A DNA stretch of 64,000 nt from NCBI GenBank assembly GCA_030059665.1, contig JANVYR010000001.1, forward strand, positions 576,001 through 640,000. Reading direction: 5' to 3'. The notes below the pieces were generated by a model. It was not told where the DNA came from. It saw only the letters and a list, made by a program, of their open reading frames with translations, and did not search any database. Positions 48,515 through 55,724 of the stretch are shown one piece after another (position 1 is the stretch's first letter; every line of letters begins with the position of its first letter). The position numbers and the translations under genes are program-made. This stretch comes from Candidatus Calditenuis fumarioli (GTDB taxonomy: Archaea; Thermoproteota; Nitrososphaeria_A; Caldarchaeales; Calditenuaceae).

Positions 48515-49492
48515 TCACCGCTCGATGACCTCCGCACCGCCTCCGATCCCCGAGACCAGGACCTCGAACCCCGCGTCCCTCAACCTCTGGACCACCTCGT
48601 CGATGTGCTCCGGCATCGCGTTGACGTAGACCGTCGGGCCCGTCTGCATCGAGAAGTAGGCCTCGATACCTTCAGACCTCATCCTCCTCACCAGGGAGAT
48701 CACCCGGAGCGACTCGGGCGTCATGAGGATCATCCCGGATGATCCGGTCATGGTGACCGCGTGGAGCTCCAAGGAGTCCTTCTCGACCTCCGAGCCGAAG
48801 GTCTTGAAGTCCCCCTCGATTATCGCCCTCTCAACTCTATTGCACCTCTCGTTCGCGACCTCGATCCTCCTGCTGAAGTACGGCGACGACTCCGCCTCCC
48901 TGTGGGCCTCCTCGGTGGTCACGTCGATGCCCAGAGGAACTATCGCGAAGCGCAGAGGCAGGTTCCCCTCGTCCGCGAACCTGACCGCGTAGCTGTCCTC
49001 GTCCCCGGTCCCCGCGTACCATCGGGCGTACTTCCCGACCACCGACCTGCAAGCAGAACCTGCGAGGAGCCTCGCTATCCTCGAGATCAGGGCCTCGTTC
49101 CTGCCATAGACCTCATCGAGGCCGGCGGCGAAGTACGCGGCCGTCGCTATCGAAGCACCGGCAGCGGATGAGAACCCCAGCCCCTTAGCACCGACCTTCG
49201 GGTGGTTCTCGGTTCTGACGAGGGCCCTCTCCTCGATCCCCGAGAGCTCCCGGACCCTGTCGAGCACCGCGACGACCCGTTCCCTCGCCCTCCCGGTCAG
49301 GATGCTGCCGTTGGCGATCACCACGTCCTCGTCGAGGCCGCCGAAGCTCACCTCAGCCACAACGTACGCGACGTCGGTGTTGACGGAGATGCTGTCGTGG
49401 TAAGGTATCCTGAGCTTCCAGTCGCGGAGGCCGTGGTACTTCACCAGAGCCTGCATCGTGTATGCCCTCGCCACAGCCCTCATCTTCCCCAT
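48515..49492 (-). CDS. mvaD: (Di)phosphomevalonate decarboxylase
   Basis: ALVKYHG...RIPYHDSISV, GLGFSSAAGA, AR..AGSACRS, QTGPTV. Confidence 0.88.
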   Translation of the reverse strand: MGKMRAVARAYTMQALVKYHGLRDWKLRIPYHDSISVNTDVAYVVAEVSFGGLDEDVVIANGSILTGRARERVVAVLDRVRELSGIEERALVRTENHPKVGAKGLGFSSAAGASIATAAYFAAGLDEVYGRNEALISRIARLLAGSACRSVVGKYARWYAGTGDEDSYAVRFADEGNLPLRFAIVPLGIDVTTEEAHREAESSPYFSRRIEVANERCNRVERAIIEGDFKTFGSEVEKDSLELHAVTMTGSSGMILMTPESLRVISLVRRMRSEGIEAYFSMQTGPTVYVNAMPEHIDEVVQRLRDAGFEVLVSGIGGGAEVIER

Positions 49493-49571
49493 CTGACCAC
49501 CCGGCTTCCGGCGACCCGCCGCCTCCCAACCAAATAACGTTGATATCTGCCCTGCACCAAAGCGATCGGGG

Positions 49572-49760
49572 ATGGCGCAGCAGGTGGTCTACCAGTGCGT
49601 CAGGTGCGGAACCCTCTTCGAGCGGGACATCGGTCCGAGGGCTGCGCAGCTCAGGTGCCCCAACTGCGGCTACCCGGTTATCAGGAAGCCGAAGCCTAAC
49701 GTGGCGAAGCTCATCGTCACCTCCCAGCTCTCGGAGGAGGTGAAGCTGTTCTACACCTGA
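49572..49760 (+). CDS. rpoP: RNA polymerase subunit Rpo12 (P)
   Basis: Y.C.RCG...RCPNCGY.VI.KP. Confidence 0.85.
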   Translation: MAQQVVYQCVRCGTLFERDIGPRAAQLRCPNCGYPVIRKPKPNVAKLIVTSQLSEEVKLFYT

Positions 49761-49939
49761 TCCTTTGGCTCTCCCTTCCTGGAACCCTGAAGTCGTCTCG
49801 TGTCGCGCTCGCAACCGCCACAACTGTCTATGAACCCGAGGGCGGATCGGTCTTTCGGCGAGACATCCGGGTCGCCCAGTATCGTGAAGAAGCGTTTTTC
49901 CGGTGACCGAGCTGGTGAAATTGCGGGTCCCGGTTCATC

Positions 49940-50362
49940 ATGGAAGGCGAGCTCAGACCCGAGATCGAGGACTGGTTCTATGAGGCCTGCGTCGACCTCG
50001 AGGAGGCGGAGGACGCCCTCAGCAGGGGAAGGAACAACTGGGCCTGCTTCGCAGCCCAGCAGGCCGCAGGGAAGGCCCTCAAGGCAGCGTACCTCGCGAT
50101 CAAGAGGAGGCGCTTCCCTAGGACCCACGACCTCCTCGAGCTTTACCTCGAGCTCCGGGGTGAGATCTCAGTCGGTGACGAGGGGAAGATCGGGCTCCTC
50201 TCGTCCTTCTACGAGCTGTCGAGATACCCCAACGCGGGCGTCAGGAGACCCTCCAGGTCGATCTCAAGCGACGTTGCCCGGGAAATGCTTAACCTCGCTA
50301 AGGAGGTAGTGAGGACGGTCGGTGAGAGGATTGGCCTCGCGTGCGGCCCCCAAACTCGGTGA
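49940..50362 (+). CDS. HEPN domain protein
   Basis: WACF.AQQAA.KALKA, RTHDL, Y..SRYP. Confidence 0.9.
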   Translation: MEGELRPEIEDWFYEACVDLEEAEDALSRGRNNWACFAAQQAAGKALKAAYLAIKRRRFPRTHDLLELYLELRGEISVGDEGKIGLLSSFYELSRYPNAGVRRPSRSISSDVAREMLNLAKEVVRTVGERIGLACGPQTR

Positions 50363-50690
50363 CCTCGGTTTGCCCGAAGACGTGAGGAGGAGGATCGAGA
50401 GGGCCGTCGAGGTGATCAGGAGCGTCGCGGCCGACGCGAGGGTTCTGCTCTTCGGGAGCTTCGCCCGAGGGGACTGGCTCGAGGAGAGCGACATCGACCT
50501 TCTGGTGATATCCGACGCGTTCGGGGGGATGAGCTACCTCGAAAGGCTCGAGAGGATAAAGAGGGCCCTTCTGGAGAACGGCCTCCCGAGGGTCCACGTG
50601 ATACCGCTGACGTGGGGCGAGCTTGAGGAATTGGGTGAGAGGAGCGTCGTGATCAGCGACGCGCCTGAGTATGCCGTGGAGGTGGTCTGA
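50322..50690 (+). CDS. Minimal nucleotidyltransferase (MNT), HEPN-MNT pair
   Basis: LFGSFARGD..EESDIDLLVIS. Confidence 0.9.
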   Translation: MRGLASRAAPKLGDLGLPEDVRRRIERAVEVIRSVAADARVLLFGSFARGDWLEESDIDLLVISDAFGGMSYLERLERIKRALLENGLPRVHVIPLTWGELEELGERSVVISDAPEYAVEVV

Positions 50691-50773
50691 TTCCGAGATC
50701 TTCTGCTGTGTTAGCCCTCAACTTTCCTCGCGAGAACGACGAGTTCAGCCGAGAAAACGCGAAATCTCCGTTG

Positions 50774-50875
50774 CGGGCCCGGTGGGACTCGAACCCACGA
50801 CCTTCCGGTTAACAGCCGGGCGTTGAAGATATTGGGGGAATACCCCAATATACTCTTCCGCTGAGCTACGGGCCC
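50774..50875 (-). tRNA. tRNA-Asn(GTT) with a 30-nt non-canonical intron at 24/25 (50823-50852); CCA not encoded
   Basis: Spliced product is a 72-nt cloverleaf. Relaxed BHB: GAAG/CTTC helix, bulges AG|T and AA|C, intron hairpin ATATTGGGG/CCCCAATAT. C27-A43 mismatch. Confidence 0.92.
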
Positions 50876-50902
50876 ACGTACTGATTATTTTCCATCTTAG
50901 CA

Positions 50903-50908
50903 TTTAAA
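50903..50908 (-). promoter_or_regulatory. TATA box for the reconstituted tRNA-Asn
   Basis: TTTAAA about 28-33 nt upstream of the mature 5' end, inside the AT-rich element. Confidence 0.55.
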
Positions 50909-51055
50909 CCTTAGTAGACGAAAGAAGACACCGTTCGGATGAGCGTCAGCTCCGTCGATCTCTGCTCATCCTCATCGCTTACCGAAATCACATGATTAAC
51001 TCGATGATAAGAAAGGGAGTGATTTCAGTTAGCAGATGGTTGTCAGTATTGTTTA

Positions 51056-51170
51056 GGGGAGCCGGAATGAGGACCTCAGGCATTCGGCTGTTAATTGCTT
51101 CATCCCCCCTCGCGGTAGGTCTGCATTCGGCGCTCTATTGCCCAGGTCCCCATCCGGCTCTTTCCCCCGT
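51056..51170 (-). ncRNA. Dual-spacer guide RNA (tigRNA/bridge-RNA-like)
   Basis: Long hairpin with a GCGA tetraloop and a symmetric 13x13 loop. GCAA-N9-GAATGC occurs twice, and the spacers match the empty tRNA-Asn site on opposite strands. Confidence 0.85.
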
Positions 51171-51172
51171 TC

Positions 51173-51949
51173 TCACCTCTTCATCGCTTTTAGTGTATTC
51201 TTTACGGTTTTCAGGACCTCCCGCACCTCTTTGCCCTTGATCTTCTGCCTTCCCTTCACACTAATTGTCAGCGATTCTGTCGCATCTTTCAGCATTTTGT
51301 TGTACTTTCCGTCGTTCGGATAGTAGTTACCAGTATAGGTCAATATCTTCCTCAGCCCTAAGCTGAAGTCCACGTACAACAGCAGTTGGACCAAAGCTAC
51401 CCTGCCGTAGAGGCATTTGCCTGAGCTGATCCTCAATCTCTCCGATATCTGATGGATCGGTAGGAAGCTTCTCGCCAGTGCGTCTATCTCCCTGGCCAGC
51501 TTATCTTTCCGCCTCCTCAGGTGATTGATGAGATGTCTGTAGTGTGCCCTGGTCTCCTCATCGTCCGCTTCGCGTGACAGTTGCTTTACAAGTTTCAGGT
51601 GCGATTTCGTCGTCGTGTATTTGTGCAGAAGCCTTCTGACCTCCAGCTCCTTTCCTGTGAGCTCCCTGAAGAGGTGTTCCGGTATTCTAGCTAGGGCCCT
51701 GGCGTCGTCCTCGTCGCTCTTCGTCTCCCTGTACTTCTCTATGACATCAGTCCTCCTCAGGTAGAATATCCGGACGCCTCTAGCTAATAGCTCCTCGAAC
51801 TCCCTAAATCTGCTCGGTAGTATCGCATCCACGTACAGCTCGTCTCCGGCCTGAGCGGGTATGTCGCTGAGCTTCCTGAACCTCTTAACGACACCGTCGG
51901 CCACTACCACGTGATCCTTCCTCCAGTGGACGTCGGCGTAGATCTTCAT
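51173..51949 (-). CDS. Compact IS110/TasR-like protein: RuvC-like D6/D41/D79/D82, coiled coil, Nop/Tnp-like C-terminus
   Basis: IYADVH, YVDA, KSDEDDA (the KxDxxDA motif), YTG..YP..GKYN.MLK. AGGTGA SD precedes the ATG. Confidence 0.8.
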   Translation of the reverse strand: MKIYADVHWRKDHVVVADGVVKRFRKLSDIPAQAGDELYVDAILPSRFREFEELLARGVRIFYLRRTDVIEKYRETKSDEDDARALARIPEHLFRELTGKELEVRRLLHKYTTTKSHLKLVKQLSREADDEETRAHYRHLINHLRRRKDKLAREIDALARSFLPIHQISERLRISSGKCLYGRVALVQLLLYVDFSLGLRKILTYTGNYYPNDGKYNKMLKDATESLTISVKGRQKIKGKEVREVLKTVKNTLKAMKR

Positions 51950-52118
51950 ATCACATCACCTGCATAACCTGCATGAACGTCACCGTCAGCAAGTCATATG
52001 ATGGCGATCTATATCTGATCGTAATAGAGAAGGCAGGAGAAGCAGGGATTGATGTTAGGAACGTTGTGCGATATGTGTAGAGGATCGATCCTTCCATATC
52101 TCAAATTAACCTCCAACT

Positions 52119-52148
52119 CCGGGCGCTCTACCGCTGAGCTACGGGCCC
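52119..52148 (-). pseudogene. Orphan intronless tRNA-Asn 5' half (positions 1-31)
   Basis: GGGCCCGTAGCTCAGCGGTAGAGCGCCCGG is identical to the spliced tRNA-Asn 5' half except one D-loop base (T vs A), then breaks off into AT-rich sequence. Confidence 0.9.
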
Positions 52149-52155
52149 TTCTCCG

Positions 52156-52215
52156 GGGGCTCCGCCAAGGCTGAACTCATCACCAAGCAGCATTCACCTC
52201 CCCGGTCATCGCCCC
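52156..52215 (-). ncRNA. Candidate box C/D sRNA
   Basis: GGGGC/GCCCC terminal stem, C-like GATGA, C' GTGATGA, D-like CGGA. Guide TTCAGCCTTG is complementary to the conserved archaeal 16S CAAGGCUGAA. Confidence 0.4.
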
Positions 52216-52306
52216 GTCAAGGACGAATCACCTATCACTTCAACTTAACCGTCCAAGCCAGGCAGGGGAACCGGTTTAAACCCGTAGGGCACAACGGGCT
52301 GCGGGA

Positions 52307-53557
52307 TTGGTCATCTACGCGGTGACGTGGGCGCAAACACCTGTTCACCACGCCCGCCACCACGACGTCATGCTCTCCGCCGCGAGGGCCTGGGGGAGGT
52401 TCGAGCTGCTCGTCGACCGATCGCCGGTCACGCCGGACGTCTTCGCGGAGGAGAAGCCCAGGTCTGCGGTAACGGTCCTGTACTCGGGCGAGAGGCCCGT
52501 CAAGGTCACGAGGCGCTCGGTGGTGGTCGAGCTTACGCCGAGGGCCGCGGAAAGCAGCGTTCGCGACCCCGAGTTCTTTCTGAGGGTTGAGGTCTGCGAA
52601 GACGGCATCCGTGTCGAGACCGACCACTTCTCCTCGGTTCCGGCACACGCGGTCCACTGCGGCGTCGCCTGCCTCCTCCCCTTCCCAACCAGTTCGGTTG
52701 GACCATTCCGTCTGATCCGCAGGCTGCCTCCGTTCACGTCGGCGAGGATCGACGCGGAGGGGCTCTTCACGGTCACCGAGAGGGCAGAGAACGTCGAGAA
52801 CGTCGTCAACCCTGAAGCTCTCCTGCAGGACCTCACCGAATCGATCTCGAGGAACGTGGGAAACAGGTGCGCGATCGCCTTCTCCGGAGGGCTCGACAGC
52901 GCGGTCCTGCTCTCGCTCATCGCCTCTACCGGGAGGAAGGTGCTCGCGGTGACGGTCGGGATGAGGGGGTCGGAGGACGTGAGGAGGTCGACCGCTGTGG
53001 CTATGGAGATGGGGGCAGATCACGTGGTCTGCGAGCTGGACGAAGAGGAGGTGCGAGACCTCTCCGCTTACCTGAAGCGCGTCCTTGACCTCCGGAGGCC
53101 CATGGACCTCGCTCTGGGAGTCATCTTCCACAGGGTCGCGCTCGAGTCGGCGAGGAACGGGTTCAGGCAGCTGATCTCCGGACAGGGAGCCGATGAGCTC
53201 TTCGGGGGATACGCGAAGTACCTCAGGGCCTACAGGCAGCACGGACCGCGCGGCGCGGAGCTGGAGATGCTCAGTGACCTCGAGGAGCTCTGGGGGTGGG
53301 GGATCGTGAGGGACTTCAACGCCGCGGCCCTCGGAGGCTGCCACCTCACGCTGCCGTACCTGAGCAGGAGGGTGATCGCCCGTGCCCTCTCGGCGGGGAC
53401 GGAGCTGAAGGTCGACGGCCAGCGAAGGAAGCTCTTGCTGAGGGCCATCGCCCGTGAGCTCGGCCTACCGGGTTCCGTCGTGGAGGGTGAGAAGAAGGCG
53501 GCGCAGTACGGGAGCAAAGTCGAGCGGGCGGTGAGGAAGGTCCTCGGGATGAAATGA
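52307..53557 (+). CDS. Asparagine-synthase-like protein
   Basis: AFSGGLDS, SGQGADELFGGY.KY, LPYL, K..LR.IA, KKAAQYGS. Confidence 0.85.
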   Translation: MVIYAVTWAQTPVHHARHHDVMLSAARAWGRFELLVDRSPVTPDVFAEEKPRSAVTVLYSGERPVKVTRRSVVVELTPRAAESSVRDPEFFLRVEVCEDGIRVETDHFSSVPAHAVHCGVACLLPFPTSSVGPFRLIRRLPPFTSARIDAEGLFTVTERAENVENVVNPEALLQDLTESISRNVGNRCAIAFSGGLDSAVLLSLIASTGRKVLAVTVGMRGSEDVRRSTAVAMEMGADHVVCELDEEEVRDLSAYLKRVLDLRRPMDLALGVIFHRVALESARNGFRQLISGQGADELFGGYAKYLRAYRQHGPRGAELEMLSDLEELWGWGIVRDFNAAALGGCHLTLPYLSRRVIARALSAGTELKVDGQRRKLLLRAIARELGLPGSVVEGEKKAAQYGSKVERAVRKVLGMK

Positions 53558-53608
53558 GGTGGTAGAAAGCTCGGAGAGACGCGCCCGTGCCGGAGGTGAA
53601 GTAAGGCA

Positions 53609-55087
53609 TCAGACGTCGAAGTAGAGGTAAAACTCGTATGGGTGCGGCAACGCGCTCACCGCCTTGAACTGCGCCATCTCGATCTCCACCAGGGCGTCCA
53701 CCACGTCGTCCGGGAACACCGGCCTGAGGAACTCCCTGTCGGAGAGGAGGGCATCCACCGCCTCCTTCAGGCTCCCCGGCAGCTCCCTTATCCCGAGCTC
53801 CCTCCTCCGCTCCGGCGTCAGGTGGTAGATGTTCTCGTCGACCGGATCCCCCGGGTCGATCTTCCTCCTGATCCCGTCGAGCCCAGCGCAGAGGATGGCC
53901 GCGAAGCAGAGGTACGGGTTTGCGGACGGGTCGGGCGTCCTGAACTCGATGCGCTTGGACCTCGCAGCCCCGGGCGTCCCCTTCAGGTATACCGGAACCC
54001 TGACGTTCGCGGACCTGTTGGACCTGCTCCACGCGATGAAGATCGGTGCCTCGTATCCCGGAACGAGTCGCTTGTAGGAGTTGGTGGTGGGTGCCACGAT
54101 CGCGGCGAGCGCCCTGCTGTGCTCGAGCAGCCCTCCTATGAAGTACCTGGCCAGCTGGCTCAGCTCCGCGTAGCCGTCGTTCGGGTCGTAGAAGAGGTTG
54201 ACGCCGTCCTTCCAGATGCTGACGTGGACGTGCATCCCGGAGGCGTTGTCGCCGTAGATCGGCTTCGGCATGAAGGTCGCTATCAGGCCCATCTGCTTCG
54301 CCACGTTACGCGCCACGTACTTGTATGTCTGGGCCTTGTCGGCCATCCTCACCAGCGTGTCATACCTCATGTCGATCTCGCACTGGCCTGCGGTGGCCAC
54401 CTCGTGGTGGTGGGCGTCGATCTGGATGCCGAAGTAGTCCAGCAGGTAGGAGCTGACCAGGTTCCGGTACTCCATCAGCGTGTCCTGCGGCGGTGCGGGG
54501 AAGTACCCCTCCTTGTACCTGATCGGGTAGGAGTCGCCATGGGCCCTGCTGTTCCACGCCCCCTCCTTCGACTCGATGGAGAAGCTCATCCCCTTCTGCG
54601 GCACAGAGACGTCCCACTCGACCCGGTCGAAGACGAAGAACTCGATCTCCGGGCCCCAATAGGAGACGTCGAAGCCCTGCTCCCTCAAATACTGCTCCGC
54701 CCGCTGCGCAACGTACCTCGGATCCCTAGTGAACCTGCCCTCGCCGAACCCCCTGTAGACGTCGCAGATCATCCTGGCGGTCTTCCCTGCCTCCTGACCC
54801 CAGGGAAGAAGGGCGAAGGTCGTCGGGTCGGGCTTCAGGACCATGTCGGACTCGTGGATCTCGGCGAAGCCCCTTATCGATGAGCCGTCCAGCTTCGGAA
54901 CGCCCTCCGCGAACCTCGACTCGTCGAAGTACTCGGCCGTCACGGTCACGTGCTGCAGCTTCCCCGGCAGGTCCGTGAACTGGAGGTCGATGAACCTCAC
55001 GCCCTCCTGCCTGATCAGCCTGATCACCTGATCAGCCGTCGCCTCCCAAGGAATCGCACCGCTCTTCTCGTACACCTGAAGGACCAT
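53609..55087 (-). CDS. glnA: Glutamine synthetase type I
   Basis: DLQFTDLPG, DGSSIRGF, HHEVA, FMPKP..DNASGMH.H, RLVPGYEAP, RIE.R.PD. Confidence 0.97.
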   Translation of the reverse strand: MVLQVYEKSGAIPWEATADQVIRLIRQEGVRFIDLQFTDLPGKLQHVTVTAEYFDESRFAEGVPKLDGSSIRGFAEIHESDMVLKPDPTTFALLPWGQEAGKTARMICDVYRGFGEGRFTRDPRYVAQRAEQYLREQGFDVSYWGPEIEFFVFDRVEWDVSVPQKGMSFSIESKEGAWNSRAHGDSYPIRYKEGYFPAPPQDTLMEYRNLVSSYLLDYFGIQIDAHHHEVATAGQCEIDMRYDTLVRMADKAQTYKYVARNVAKQMGLIATFMPKPIYGDNASGMHVHVSIWKDGVNLFYDPNDGYAELSQLARYFIGGLLEHSRALAAIVAPTTNSYKRLVPGYEAPIFIAWSRSNRSANVRVPVYLKGTPGAARSKRIEFRTPDPSANPYLCFAAILCAGLDGIRRKIDPGDPVDENIYHLTPERRRELGIRELPGSLKEAVDALLSDREFLRPVFPDDVVDALVEIEMAQFKAVSALPHPYEFYLYFDV

Positions 55088-55189
55088 TCTCGCGACGCTC
55101 AACCCCCACCCAAATATAAGGTTGGTGCATTCCACCCCACAAACGTCCATCAAGTTTTAAATAACAACGATGTTTGTTCAGGAATTGAG

Positions 55190-55723
55190 TTGGTGGCTGT
55201 GGAGCTTGACGAGATAGATTTGGCCATCTTGGGAGAGCTCATCGAGGATGCGAGACGATCGTACAGGGAGATCGCGAAGAGACTGAACGTCTCTGTGGGA
55301 ACGGTCGCGGCGAGGGTGAAGAGGCTGGAGTCTTTGGGCGTGATAAAGGGTTACTCGGCCATCGTGGACTACGAGAAGCTCGGGTACGAGCTGACGGTGG
55401 TGACGGAGGTGACCGTCTCGAAGGGCAGGCTCCTCGAGGTCCAGAGGGAGATATCGCTGATACCCAACACGGTCTCCGTCTACGACGTCACAGGTACGGT
55501 CGACAGCATCGTCGTCTCCAAGTTCAAGAACAGGCAGGAGGTGAGCAACTTCACCAAGAAGCTCCTGAGCATCCCGTACGTCGAGCGGACCAACACCCAC
55601 GTCGTCCTGACGGTCGTGAAGGAGGACCCGAGGGGGCCGCTGCTGAAGGAGCTGGGGAGGGCCCTGCCGGGAAGGGAGAGGATGCCGGAGGAGCCGAGGG
55701 AGGAGGTGGGAGGTTACGGGTAA
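55190..55723 (+). CDS. Lrp/AsnC family regulator, divergent from glnA
   Basis: LDEID..IL..L.EDAR.SY.EIA..L.VS.GTV..RVKRL...GVIKGY. Confidence 0.92.
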   Translation: MVAVELDEIDLAILGELIEDARRSYREIAKRLNVSVGTVAARVKRLESLGVIKGYSAIVDYEKLGYELTVVTEVTVSKGRLLEVQREISLIPNTVSVYDVTGTVDSIVVSKFKNRQEVSNFTKKLLSIPYVERTNTHVVLTVVKEDPRGPLLKELGRALPGRERMPEEPREEVGGYG

Positions 55724-55724
55724 G

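Larger units (their letters stand above)
50816..52148 (-). mobile_element. tRNA-Asn-inserted RNA-guided element E2, including the duplicated tRNA 5' half
   Basis: tRNA 5' duplication, shared CGCCCGG core at both junctions, AT-rich interior, RuvC gene and guide RNA. Confidence 0.85.

Noticed and set aside
50937-50980. C/D sRNA inside E2 (GATGA...CTGA)
   Set aside because: Only ~22 nt between the boxes, and a competing perfect 8-bp hairpin (GGATGAGC/GCTCATCC); too short for a guide sRNA.
52119-52148. Orphan tRNA 5' half as a trans-spliced split tRNA
   Set aside because: It has no GC-rich trailer complementary to a 3'-half leader, and a complete tRNA-Asn lies 1.3 kb away. An insertion scar explains it better.
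50880-52260. CRISPR array or multi-unit TIGR array near the RuvC gene
   Set aside because: Only one dual-spacer unit is present. I saw no tandem repeat-spacer array here or elsewhere in the window.
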